Below the pieces are notes generated by a model. That model had not been told where the DNA came from and made no database searches. It saw nothing but the letters and a program-made list of their open reading frames with translations. From assembly GCF_009914755.1 (NCBI RefSeq), contig NC_060927.1: 64,000 bases of DNA. The stretch is one strand, 5' to 3'. Source of the DNA: the human T2T-CHM13v2.0 reference genome, Homo sapiens. Shown in pieces: positions 13,145-28,786 of the stretch (position 1 is its first letter; each line of letters begins with the position of its first letter). Both the position numbers and the translations under genes were made by a program.

Positions 13145-13250
13145 CATAAATTCATTCATTAAAGATTTATTAGTTGTCCATCATGTGCACTGTGTTATAG
13201 CTGCTGAGGGATGGAGTAGTGAATAAGACAGACACTTATCACCTCATGAT
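13145..13250 (-). mobile_element. L2 3' end
   Basis: ttcattcatt..atttattag..catgtgc..gtgaataagacagaca. Confidence 0.65.
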
Positions 13251-13693
13251 GTTTGAGTAGTGCCATTTGCAGACAGACTTCACTTCCGCCTCTATGATAT
13301 ACAGATATTGCACTCATCTGTTAGACAGACAAGGCTCCAATGTTTACTTGAATGACATTCTCACTTGACAATATTTTCCCCTGACATTAAAAACTGCAGA
13401 AATGTCCTCATCATAAAACTACCAGGAGCACCTTTGAAATTAAACTGGCTCCATATCTTAATACGATTTCCCTAGTACTGATTCCTAGAAGAATTCATTG
13501 GGTCAAAAGATCTGAACCTTTTAAAGGAGATTCAATATCTTTTGTCAGATTGCTTTCCAGAAAGGTCCTACTAATTTACATTCTTTAACAATGGTATACA
13601 AAGATGCCTTTTTTACCAGAGAGAGGATTAATTTGTTTATATGGTGAGTTGACTGAGCCAATAAAAAGGGAAGGGATAAAGATGAAGAAGATG

Positions 13694-14181
<488 letters not shown>

Positions 14182-15395
14182 CTAGTTGATGGCCTTCACT
14201 CCCTTCCCATGCTAGGAGGCAAGATCATCTTGACAGAGAAGAGTAGATAAAGGGAAGTAGGCGCATAGCTAGGGGAGAGGAACTATGTAGAAAATGGGAC
14301 ACCGTCTAAAAGGTGCAGATGCCCAAATAACATAAGGTCTAATTGTGTTTATAATTATAAGCAAAAACATGATCAGTGTTACTAAAACTCTGCTTACAGG
14401 GTATAGTGCAATTGAGAATTGGCAATTATTTTATTAATTTGATGAATGTTCCAAATTAAAAACACCAGGTCAGCGTATGTTTCCGATCTAAATTATACAG
14501 TGCAGTTGACTACAGTGACCAAATTAACCAGCTGATTGCCAAATCTCTATTTCTCCCTGTCCTCTGTGGACATAGCTTAAAGAACTAATAACTGAACAAG
14601 ACTCTGCCCCAATCTATTTTGGGATAATTGATGTCTTTGTATTCATATCCCTGCAGCTTGGTATTAAACACTGAAGCTTTGTGTAGAATATGTCAGTAGG
14701 CGATTTACTACCTCAAAAAGCAGTCTTTCTTTTGTAAAGGCTTATCAATCAGAACTTTGGAGAGAATTTTCCAAACTCCCTAAGGAAAATTATATTTCAT
14801 TGCTATGAAAGATATTTGATTTTGTGCATTTTGCTTCATAAAATGAATTTGTTTCAGATTCTGAATACTTATGATTTTTGTTTGTGTCTTTATGAATTAC
14901 TTTAAAGCAATTTCCCTTTTACATTTAAATGGTTTCAGTTCTTAAAAACATTTATGTTCACCAGAAGTTGGCTTTTTTTTTTTTTTTCTTAAATGAAAAG
15001 TATAAGGGATTTTAACCTCATAAAGAATAAGGAAAATCAATTATGGTGAAGAAACATTTCATTTCTTACCGTTTAAATATTTCCTTCCTAAATTGATGGT
15101 TGATGTAATGTAGGCTGTAAAAAGAGAGGAGGCAGTTCCTGAAATACCTTGGGCTCTAAAACCCATTTTGTGAAATAGCAATGTAATTTGAATATTTTAG
15201 GAACTGACCTCAATGCTTAGAGCTTCCTTTGTATGTTCTTAAACGATGCCTTAACATCGCATTTACTTATATGTTAACATGAAAGTTATAAGTTGTCTTA
15301 TTGTAACGTTGACTTGTCCCTTCAGAGAATCAGCCTTCCATTATGCTCAAGTATTCATCAACCTTCAGGGCTGGGATGGTATAAAATAATGGCAT

Positions 15396-15560
15396 GAGAT
15401 ATACCTAATGCTAGATGACGAGTTAGTGGGTGCAGCGCACCAGCATGGCACATGTATACATATGTAACTAACCTGCACAATGTGCACATGTACCCTAAAA
15501 CTTAAAGTATAATTAAAAAAAAAAAAGAAAAAGAAAATCTAAAAAAAAAAAAATAATAAT
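15396..15560 (+). mobile_element. Young 5'-truncated L1 3' end (L1PA2-type)
   Basis: gagatatacctaatgctagatgacgagttagtgggtgcagcgcaccagcatgg..aaacttaaagtataa; GAG (not ACA/ACG) and A (not G) diagnostics; TSD aataatggcatga 15385-15397 / 15561-15573. Confidence 0.92.
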
Positions 15561-15610
15561 AATAATGGCATGACCGGGCCAGGCATATAAGGATTTCCCT
15601 CCTCTCCTCA

Positions 15611-15711
15611 TTTTTATTTTTATTATTTTGGGTACACAGTAGGTATATATATATATGAGGTACATGAGATGTTTTGATACAGACATGCAATATGAAATAA
15701 TCACATCATAG
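15611..15711 (-). mobile_element. L1MA 3' terminal fragment
   Basis: ttgggtacacagtaggtatatat..ggtacatgagatgttttgatacagacatgcaat..aataatcacatcat. Confidence 0.8.
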
Positions 15712-15816
15712 ATTTCTCTTCTCTGGAAGAACTTACAACCTGTTGAGGTTTGCTAGCAAACCAAACTCTAACAAAGAACACTGTTTATTTTTTCTTTTCT
15801 TTTCTTGAGATAGATA

Positions 15817-15907
15817 TTTTTTATTTTAAGTTCTGGGATACATGTGCAGAACGTGCAGGTTTGCTATTTGCTGCACCTATCAACCCATCATCTAGGTTTT
15901 AAGCCCT
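15817..15907 (-). mobile_element. L1PA (PA8-like) 3' terminal fragment with internal deletion
   Basis: ttttaagttctgggatacatgtgcagaacgtgcaggtttg..tttgctgcacctatcaacccatcatctaggttttaagccc. Confidence 0.85.
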
Positions 15908-16846
15908 GTTTTGATTTGAATATTATTCAATACAAATGAAGATTGAAATGTGGACATTTATGCTAAGAACAGCTTCTGGAATTATAGATTTGCCTTGTAT
16001 TCTTACCAATTGTAAGACGGATAAACAAGCAGAAATTCAAAATGACATAATTATATTTCTTTGCATCTGGATTTTATTCTGTTCCTGGTTCAAGTTTCAA
16101 GATTGTCAAGAATGACGAGTTGGACTTGGTCTAGTTACTTCCACAGCAGCAGGAGGAACATGTGTGTGACTCAGGATAACTGGGGAAGCCTTGGCTAGGC
16201 TTTCCTCATGTCAACCTACCACTCAAAGGGAGAAAACCTCCTGATCAGAGGTGCCCAGAACCCAGGTTTGGTGGGGTTGGTTGAGGGGTGAGTCTGGAGA
16301 AACTAGAAATCTAAGGGGGTGTGTGTGTGAACATGTTTTTTGTTTTTGTTTTTTTTTGACAGGAAATCCATAATTTTTGAATGCTGGCCGAGGTCTGTGA
16401 CCTCTGACTGAATGGTTTCCAAGCTCCGAATTCCTAGGTAAAAGCCCAGACTTTACTCTCCTTAGAAGTCAATTTTTATGTCACTTAATATGGAGCGTGT
16501 TCCTTTCCATCACTTAATCTTCCCAGCCTTCTTTTTAAGTTTTGAAGAAATAAGAAGATGCTTATATTTGAAGAAAGGGAAGGCAGCACTACCATTAGAC
16601 TTACTATGCTGTTAAATTTTCTCAAAACTCTCCATTTCAAGTTTTTTTCTGGCTACATTATGCTTTCAGAAAACATTTGCTGAATATTCTGTGGTATTTT
16701 CTTTCCAATGAAAATATATTTTGATATTTATTGGCTAATTTCAAAAGTCAGATTTTTTTCTACTGTTTTAGTTTAAAAAAGGAAATAACTTATTTTGGAT
16801 AGTATCTGTTTAAGCAGTAGTTAACTAAATGGTGATGAAATGTTAC

Positions 16847-16892
16847 AAGGTGATGTTTTCATTTGTTTCGGAAGGTGATGTTTTCATTTGTT
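16847..16892. repeat. 21-bp direct duplication with 4-nt spacer
   Basis: aaggtgatgttttcatttgtt at 16847-16867 and 16872-16892. Confidence 0.9.
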
Positions 16893-19159
16893 CACACTTG
16901 CTGAAGAAGGGAAAGGCTCTCTGATTTACGTGTAAGCAAAACAATCTAAACAGTAGGATAAAGTCATGTTGGAATGGAGTTCTGTGTGGATGCTCCTTTG
17001 AACCAAATCAGTTCCACAACTGACCCTGTCAGGGACATATAAATGTATGTATTTGTTTCAGGTGGTGATATCTTTTAATGTTTGTTTCTCTCTCCATGAA
17101 ATAATATAAAGCAGTTGTGATGCATGCAATAAAATTCCATTTATATGAGAATGATACGTTAGCTGTGTTGGTGAATAAAATCTGCTTTACCAACCTTCAT
17201 TCATTTATTAAATAAGCATTTACTGGGACCCTATTATGATGTTGAGATGCAATGATTAATCAATAAAACAGTTGATAGCTGTTCAACTTATAGCACGTAA
17301 GTAACAATTGAAGTAGCACTTTCTCCCCTCTGCCACCTTGCTGATAGCAAGCTATAGCTTTGAGTTGCACAGTTTGGGAGTAAGAGAGACAGGAAAAGCA
17401 CTATAGAGAAGAGGGCATTTGAATTGTGTGTACTTTGCCAGGAAGCTCTTCTTTCCTTTGTAAGCCTGCCTAGGACTGTAAATAGTACTTCCGCTGTCAC
17501 TGGGAGACTGGTTATATGGTTGCAAGGGTGTCCTGAGGAAGTTTTCAGCATGGTTTTGGTAGAGTTGTTGCTACAGGGTGTCAAATGAGTTCATTCTGCC
17601 TGCAGAAATTTAGATAGCAGTGGTAGCAGTGAATTAAATCTTATAATTAAGTTTAAAAATCTTAATGTCTTATTCATTGCATTTTAAGCATTTCCCTAAA
17701 GTGCTACATGTTTTTTGGTTTTCCAGTTAGCATTTTGGTGTGGATACAGAAGACGAGATTAACACAGATCAAGTAACATGGAAATAAAAAAGGAGACAAT
17801 GCTGGATGATACAGGGGCAGCCAACAAGAGGAGAAAACCCAAGCATTGGCAAATGCCTCATTATCCAAAGAACACTGTAAGTCTGTCTTGGCCATGATGC
17901 TCTTTTCACATCATAATAATGAACAATTATATAGCACTTATGATGTGCCAGGCAGTTCCAAATCTTTGCATATAATGAGTCATACATGAATGCATAGAAA
18001 ATAGATGCACAGATAGATAAGTGAACTTAAGTTAATTTGCCAAGGATTATTTCCATTTTTTTTTTTTTTGTAGTAAACTCTACTTTAGAAATGGCTTAAA
18101 GACCCCATTCAGGTGTCATTGAAGAAAAACCTCAGTCCTCAAGAACAAATGGGCATTTGGTCACCAAGCTAGTACCAGATGAAATTAGCCAGGTTAGCAT
18201 CCTTTAGGTAGAAATTGTCAGCTTTCACTTGGTTCAAATCCATCGACTACTGAAACTGCTCAGAAATCACTAAATTATTGCTATATCAGAAAGTACATTA
18301 ATATCTTGCAATGTCATAGGCTCACCAACATGAATAATAATGATCACAAGTCTGTGCCAATAAAATAAATGGTCATTTAATACTTTTAGACATTTGATAC
18401 CAGAAAATGGTTTATTATAGAGCTTGCAACCTACACATAAACTTCTAGTATCTGGTTATGCCAGGTGTGTGTGTATGTTTCTGTATATGTATTTGTGTGT
18501 TTTGGCATGTATGCTCACACATATACCAACAAGTTCATATGTACCTGTAGTTAATGACTTTATCAAAGATATAAAGATGAGAAAATTGCTGTATGGTCTT
18601 ATAATCTTTCAAAAGTTGCTGTTGGCTTATAGAGAGAACATTAAGAAGAGATCTGTCTTGGAATTTTTTGTAATTGAGAGATCCCAGGAATAGAAGGCAG
18701 CAACCAAGCCTGCATGTAGGGATCAAAAGGTCATAAGTGGGATGAAAGGAGAAATACAGAGACCTAAAACCAAGCCATGTGTGACACTTTGGGTGCAATA
18801 GTGAGTGCCAGGAGAGAGTAGCAGGAGTTGGCAAGGGGTCTGAAAGTGGAAGGGTAACGTCGGGTAAGGAGAGAAATGGAAGTGGTAGATGGGCCTGACC
18901 TTCTCATGAGTCAGCTTTGCTTTGTGTTTCTGACTCATTCAATTCCTGGTCATGTCAGGGCTTGATTAGGTAGATAATGGCCCAGGTAATTTTAAGAATT
19001 CTCATGTGCACATTTTGAAATCAAGCATTACTAGGCAGAACCTCAATCATTTTATAAAGTAGACATTCATTACACATTGATTTGGATTTTGGGATTCTAT
19101 TTTGATGTGCTGGGAACACCTCCTTTTCCCTTTTTCTCTGCTCTTACTTACGAGCTGCC

Positions 19160-21002
<1,843 letters not shown>

Positions 21003-21337
21003 TTAGATGCAGAAGCCTAGATGCTACACATAAAATATACAAGTATAGAAGGAAAAGTTATGCATTTATTTATTAGTGCAATAAATATTTTCTCACACTT
21101 CTTGCCAGACACAAAGGACATGGCCATAAATGAGTCAAAAGGCTTGCCCTCATAGGGTTTACAATCTGGTGGGGGAGAGTTAACTTTCTCTTTCTAGTCT
21201 TTTACAGGTTATGTCAAGCAAACTATGTGAATCAACCTGGAATGTTTTAGATTCACTCACTTGTGAAAAGTTCAGAAGTTCAGTTGGGAGTAGCAATATG
21301 AGAGCCTGAATTTGTCTTTGGCTTCAGTTAGTCATTG

Positions 21338-21387
21338 GATTCCCAAAGGTAGTGTCTTCTTGATTCCCAAAGGTAGTGTCTTCTTGA
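21338..21387. repeat. Perfect 24-bp tandem duplication
   Basis: gattcccaaaggtagtgtcttctt x2, followed by ga. Confidence 0.95.
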
Positions 21388-21519
21388 CAATGTGACAGGC
21401 TTTCAGGTCTAGATGTGAATGTTGATGAGCAAATAGGCTGTGGCCTCGAACAGCATCCTTCAAATTTATGTGAGAACATAAATTTTAATTTACTCTCCCA
21501 TCTTTAACACATTTCATAG

Positions 21520-21894
<375 letters not shown>

Positions 21895-22165
21895 TAACTC
21901 AGCTTTCATAAAAAGTTTGAGTCACTTTTATCAAAGAACATTTCTTAGTGAAAATAAAAGCAAAGTATAGAAAATTCGATTTTTGAATATGATCAGAAAA
22001 AAATATAGTGCAGTTTCTGAAATCAGATGAGATTTTCCTGTTTCTGTCTCTCTAGTGATACCAACTCTTGTTTAAAAAAATCATAGAGGAAGACACTATA
22101 ACCAACCTTGTATGAATTCATAGAAGACAATTTCCTTCTTTACCCTGTTAAAAATCTCTGACTAT

Positions 22166-22383
22166 TGTTACTATTATTATTTTGAGACAGAATCTTGCAC
22201 TATTGCCCAGGCTGGAGTGCAGTAGTGTGATCTTGGCTCACTAGAACCTCTGCCTCCTGGGTTCAAGTGATTCTCCTGCCTCAGCCTTCCTAGTAGCTGG
22301 GATTATAGGCATGCGCCACCACACCTGGCTAATTTTCTTCTTTTTTTTTTTTCTCTTGAGATGGAGTTTTGCTCTTGTTGCCT
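22166..22383 (-). mobile_element. Alu right arm plus 3' stub of a second Alu
   Basis: Right monomer to ctggctaatttt, then a T-run and gagatggagttttgctcttgttgcc, cut off by L1. Confidence 0.85.
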
Positions 22384-22605
22384 TTGGGTATAACCCGGTA
22401 ATGGGTTTGCTGGGTTGAATGATAGATCTGTTTTAAGTTCTCCAAATTTCTTTCCACAGTGGCTGAACTAATTACATTCATACCAACAGTGTATAATTGT
22501 TCCCTTTTCTCCACAGCCTCACCAGCATCTGTTATTTTTTGACTTTTTCATAGTAGTAGCCATCCTGACTGGTATAAGATGGTATCTCATTGTGGCTTTG
22601 ATTTT
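22381..22605 (-). mobile_element. L1PB/old L1PA internal fragment
   Basis: cctttgggta..gtaatggg..gctgggttgaat..ccacagtggctgaactaatt..cctcaccagcatctgtt..ggtatctcattgtgg. Confidence 0.85.
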
Positions 22606-22656
22606 AAATTCCCAAATTTTCAGAGTTTACAATGTTTTGTTGAGTTAAAAATATGA

Positions 22657-23017
<361 letters not shown>

Positions 23018-23934
23018 AGAAGGGTTAATTTTAAAATGTCCTGCACCTCAGGAAACTCCAAAGACTACAAAAGGATATTCAAAGAGAGAAGAAAAAAATG
23101 AACAACTTGGAATGTAATATTAGTAGAAGGTGGAAAGAAGACAGTCGTATTCAACTTCTTTTTTCTGTGTTGAGCAGCATGGTCTCTAGACTCTAAAATG
23201 TAGGGTATATATTCTAGGAGGATATATTTGACTAAGATAGAATAAGAATTTTACATTTAAATAAATCCATAGTTTCACATGGAGTCATGGCTCCATTTTT
23301 GAGTGAAGTATGTAGGATATGTCCATAGTCTACAGATGTAATGAGCAATCCAGTGCTCAAACTTAACAAGAGGTTATAGACAATGTGAGTGGAGACAGTA
23401 GATAGGAAATGAAGTGATGCTATTGATGTTACCAAAAGAAGAAAAAGTTGGACTACTAAATTTTAATGCTGATCTTAGGCAATAATTGAAAACAAATTAT
23501 ATATCTGATGGTTGTAAGTGCCTAAAAGAAAAGCAGAGACATTTGTTTTTATTGGCTTGATTGAAGAACCAAATGCATTGACTAACTGTATGTTAATCTC
23601 AGCAAGATGATAGACCTGTGAAAACCTGTGGGTATCCAGTGCAGATTAAATGGTAAAAGAGTGGAATGGATTAACAGTATAACTGTATGACCATGAGAAA
23701 TTCTTTAGAAGAGGGAAGGGTCTAATCTTGATCCTGCTCTGTTCGGTGTTTTTATTAATGACTTGATGTTGGCAAATATGATGCTCCTCAAATACGCAGA
23801 GAAGTCTGGATTGTGAGGGAAGTTAATACAATAGAATACAAATGGAAAAGATAACAAATGCCTGAAATAATGGGTCTTCATTAACAGGATGGCCATTAAC
23901 ACAGATTACTATAAACTTCTGGATTTAGGTTGGG

Positions 23935-24120
23935 TGTCTGTGTGTTTTTAGAAAAGTTTTGTAACTTCTCTGAGCCTCGGTTTTCTTGACTGAAAAACAG
24001 TGATACAAATGCCTACCTTGTAGAGTTGTCATAGGGTTATAAATGTGTAAAAGACTTGGCTGAGGGCCTGACATATAGTATGTGCTTGATAAATGGTAGC
24101 TATTAGTATGATAATTATCA
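23935..24120 (+). mobile_element. MIR SINE
   Basis: aacttctctgagcctcggttttct..cctaccttgtagagttgt..gcctgacatatagta..gataaatggtagctatta. Confidence 0.75.
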
Positions 24121-24777
24121 TTTTACCAGTTCTTGAAGACAGAAGCATGTGTGGACTTTACAGAGTAGGATAACTTTAAGAGTCACTGGTCCCAATGAGC
24201 AGGGTACTCACAAGCAATATTAGGGGAGAATATGAGGACAACATCTTTATGAAGTCTGAGCTCAGGAATAGATTTTAAAATTTTGATAAAAGTGGCTTCT
24301 ATTAGAAGCAAATCTTATTTAATTCATACATCTGGAAGAAGACTCCCAAACTGTGGAGTTTAAGGTTGCAAATAATGGAGACTAATTTGAAGCTAGGTGT
24401 AAATGCCAATAGAGATTAAACTGCTGAAGATTTTTGAAAGACTGTTAAAGTATTTGTTAGTGCTCTATTACAAAAGTTTCACAGATACTGAGTGGTCTGC
24501 CCAACCTTATTTTCCCCATAAACTCTATTACTCTTCATGTGCAATTTTGTAGAAGGCAAAGCTTTTTTCAGTTACATTGTACCATAGAAGAAATGCCCGT
24601 AGATGAAACATTTAAATGTAGATGAAAACTTATATTTACTTGATACCTTATTCTTAATTCCACAAACAACATGTAGCTAGGAAAACAATATAGACAGAGA
24701 GGTACAGTGGAAGAGAGTCTTGAAGTAGGTCTTGGGGTTGCTGGGTTCTAGTCCTGATTCTTCACTCATTAGCTGTA

Positions 24778-25199
24778 TGTTATGGGCTGAATTGTGTCCC
24801 TGCTCCCAAATTCATATGCTGAAGTCTTAACCCCAGTACCTCAGAATGTGACTACATTTGGAGATAGGTCTTAAAGAGGTGATAAAGACAAATGGGATCA
24901 TTGGTGTGGGCCCTAATCCAATGACGGGTGTCCTTGTAAAAAGAGGCAATTAGGACAAAGATACACATAGAGGAGTGCACATGAAGACACTGGGAGAAGC
25001 TGGTGTCTTAGCTCAGGCTACTACGCAAATACCATAGACTGAGTAGCCTGAACAGTGAACATTTATTTCTCTCCATGTTGGAAGCTGAAAGTCTGAGATC
25101 ATGGTGCCAGCTTGGTCTGGTTCTTGGTGAGGGCCTTCTTCCTGGTTATATCCTCGTGTGGTCTTTCCTTGGTACCTGCATGCACAGAGGGGGGGGGGG

Positions 25200-25240
<41 letters not shown>

Positions 25241-25545
25241 AGGGAGAGCTCTTCCTTCTTTTATAAGGGCATTAATCTCATCATGGGGACCTTGCCCTCA
25301 TGACCTTATCTAAACCTAATAACCTCCCAAAGGTTCCACCTCCAAATACCATCACATTGGGGATTAGGGCTTCAACTTATGAATTTTGGAAGTATACAAA
25401 CATTCAGTCCATACCTGATGGCCATCTACAAGTGAAGGAGAGAGATCTCAGAAGAAATAAATTCTGTTGACACCAGAACTGTGAGAAAGTAAATTTCTCT
25501 TCTTTGAGCCACCTAACCTATAGTAGTTTGTTATGGCAGCCTTTG
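24778..25545 (+). mobile_element. MLT1 (MLT1B-like) MaLR LTR, interrupted at 25004-25414
   Basis: tgttatgggctgaattgtgtcc..cagtacctcagaatgtgact..ccctaatccaatgac; resumes ggccatctacaag..ccagaactgtgaga..gtttgttatggcagcc. Confidence 0.85.
25004..25414 (-). mobile_element. MLT1A-like MaLR LTR nested in opposite orientation
   Basis: tgtcttag..aaataccatagactg..catttatttctc..ccacctccaaataccatcacattggggattaggg..aaacattcagtccata. Confidence 0.85.
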
Positions 25546-26829
25546 TAACCCTGGGTATTTAACTTCTCTGAATTTTCATTGTCTCATCTGTGAAGTGTGT
25601 TGATATTTTATGATATAAAATGGATGATATTTTAAAATAAGTAAATTCACCTATTTTAAACTGGGGGAAAAGATGACAAAAAAAGGAATAGTATTGAATA
25701 ATGGTAGCTTTCTAATTTCATTTATTTTTCTAAAAGTCTGAGAGTAAAATATAGATACATCCTGATTTGAAAGGACCAAAAACTCTACATAAAACTAACT
25801 AAATAAATAAGTAATTATTTACAGGAAAATTCCCCAAATCATAATACCATTACTTAGAGAATACTCCAAGGGAATTTTAAATAAAATTTGATTCTCTCTC
25901 TCCAAAAATGTCAATTTACATTAACTTTCCAGAGGTATACCTATTGCATAAATTAGGACACACCGTACTTGTTAAATACTTAAGCTTTGATTTCATAAGA
26001 GATTTCAGGATGCTGAAAGCAACCTAACCCTGCTGTTGTTATTGTAATGCATGCATAGACTGCAGTTGATAATCAGAGCTGTGTTGGGCATTCCACTTTG
26101 CACCTCCTATGGCACCAATTTTCAGAAACTGTTAGAACTCAATGGAAAAATCTCACCTAAGATTCATCTGTGAGCTAAATTACAGGGGAAGCCATTATCA
26201 TTCATTTTACATGCACTATTGGTTCAGGTTGTCAGCCAAGCACCTCTGGATCACAGGGGAGGATTTTGCTAGCTTTGAGAATCTGAGAATTGAAATGGTC
26301 AACCAAGTTATTTCACTGTCCTTCTCATCAACAAATACTTTTTAATCTAAGCAAAATGGTGTCTAGGTCTTGTCTGAGTTCTGTGGCAGGGTTGGGATAG
26401 AGGAGTAGAAATTTAAAATCTTGTTAGAAGAGACCAAACAAATATTAAACAATTAGGAATCAATTAAATGTTAAACTCTATGGAATTAAGTAGAAAAGTA
26501 TTTTAGAGAAAGGCAAGGTGAATATCAATTTGAGGAAATCTGTTAGGCTGATGGAAGAGGTGAGACTTGGACCAGGGTTTTGAAGTGGGAAGCTTGGAGT
26601 AGAGGATACGTGGGTGCACGTTAAGGGGAAGGGTGTGTTTGTGTGTGTGTTATGCATGGTGCTCAGGCACTGTTTTCTGGGGTCGTGGTTGGGGGTAAGT
26701 GTGAGAGGAGAAAGATCATGAGCAAAGACATGTAAGTAAGAACCTAGATACCATGGGTAATACACTTAGAGAAATGTGACTGATGAGAGGAAAAAATGTG
26801 CCCATTTGCTGTCAGGATTAGGAGTCTTA

Positions 26830-26985
26830 TTTCTAAGTCCTTACAACAACCTACAATATAAGTATTACCATTGCCATTTTGGAAATGAAGAAACTGGGAT
26901 TTTGAAAAATGCATTGCTTTACACATACTAAATGCACAAGCCACCTGAGTCTTCATGAGTTTGTCTGGCATAGTGGGAAATAACA
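26830..26985 (-). mobile_element. MIR SINE
   Basis: ccttacaacaacct..ttattacc..ccattttggaaatgaagaaactggg. Confidence 0.6.
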
Positions 26986-27094
26986 GGTCCACATGGATAT
27001 CACAAACTAATAGAGACCACTTGCTAAAACTAGGGCTAACATTATAATATACTTTGTGCTCCAGAGTTTCCTGATGGGATCAAACTGAAGGTCA

Positions 27095-27251
27095 TCTGAA
27101 ACTGAGATCACATCTTGCTTAATATCTCCTCCCCTCCCCACATATTCTCTCCTGTATCCCTCATGCTCCCTCTCCAGAAAACACTCCTAAAAAATCACTT
27201 GAAAAGAATCCCCATCGAAGTCTCTGCTTCTGCGGAACACTACCTAAGACT
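27095..27251 (+). mobile_element. LTR16-like ERVL LTR 3' part
   Basis: cactcctaaaaaatcacttgaaaagaatcccc..gtctctgcttctgcggaacactacctaagac. Confidence 0.65.
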
Positions 27252-27399
27252 CCAGCATTTGCCAAATAAGGCTCCAAATTGTGATCAATGCATACAGCAT
27301 ATCATTGCTGCAAGTGAGGACTCATTGTGTAGTGGAGCCGTCTATCAGGCAGCATTGTGCTGAGTGGGATGTTGGTGGGAGGTAGTCATAACCATTACC

Positions 27400-27620
27400 A
27401 TTAGCCAGTGTGGTTGTAATAAGCACTTTACCTGGATCTTCTTTCCTAAAGCTGATTTCTAACCCTATGAGTTAGGTTCTATGATTGTCTCTGTGCTTAC
27501 AGATATGGAAACTAACATTTGAGAGAGGAGATATGATTTGCTCACGGCCACACAGCTTGTCAGTGGCAAAGTCAGGATTCCACTACACCTGTGTTTAACA
27601 TTGCAGCTCCAAAAACGAGT
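27400..27620 (-). mobile_element. MIR SINE
   Basis: taagcacttta..aaccctatgagttagg..ttacagatatggaaact..tgatttgctcacggccacacagc..gtggcaaagtcaggatt. Confidence 0.7.
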
Positions 27621-27840
27621 TTGTGCTTACTGGAATATGTAATTTACTAAACATGTAACTTATTAGAATATCTAAGAATTATGGCTCAGGACAGTAAAGA
27701 GTTCTACTCAACTTGCAGGGGCAACCTATAATGGTATATATAGTGTAATCCCTTTAAATGAGCACAGAATTATTTGAGAACTCCTGGGCATAAAAGTGAA
27801 TGGCAAATTGGGCAGAGAAGTTTGAAGTAAGTAGAAGATA

Positions 27841-27963
27841 TGGTAACCACATGATTAATCAACGAAATGGAACACTATTGAGGGCAATAGGAGATGCCAT
27901 TAATAATTACACAAGGATAATAAGTGTAAGACAGACTGAGCAAATCAGGATGTATGATCACTT
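27841..27963. mobile_element. MER94-like hAT MITE
   Basis: ggtaaccacat..gaacactattgaggg..ccattaataattacac..caaatcaggatgtatgatcac; degenerate TIRs. Confidence 0.6.
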
Positions 27964-28269
27964 CAGTAATAGGAGGCAACAAGGAGCTATAGTAAGTTCT
28001 TGAGCAGGAGAGCGAAATAATTCTTCTGTAAATGGTGTGCAACATGATTTGGAAGAAACCTTGGAAAGTAGGAGAGCAGGAGACAGGAGATTGTTCTACA
28101 GATACTAATGTGGTCTGTCTGAGTTTCTGTCCTGGCCTCTGGTTTTCTTTCTAGTTCACTGCTAGAAATGGTGGTTCTTTCTGGACCTCAACAGCTTTCC
28201 AAAGGCTGTCAGCCAATCCTTTTCCCAGGACATCTGAACCCTGTTCTGGTATTCCCAACCACTGGTTAG

Positions 28270-28786
<517 letters not shown>

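Larger units (their letters stand above)
24700..25600 (+). mobile_element. MIR split by MaLR LTRs (pieces about 24700-24777 and 25546-25600)
   Basis: ctgggttctagtcctgattct..attagctgta | accctggg..aacttctctga..ctcatctgtgaagtg. Confidence 0.6.
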
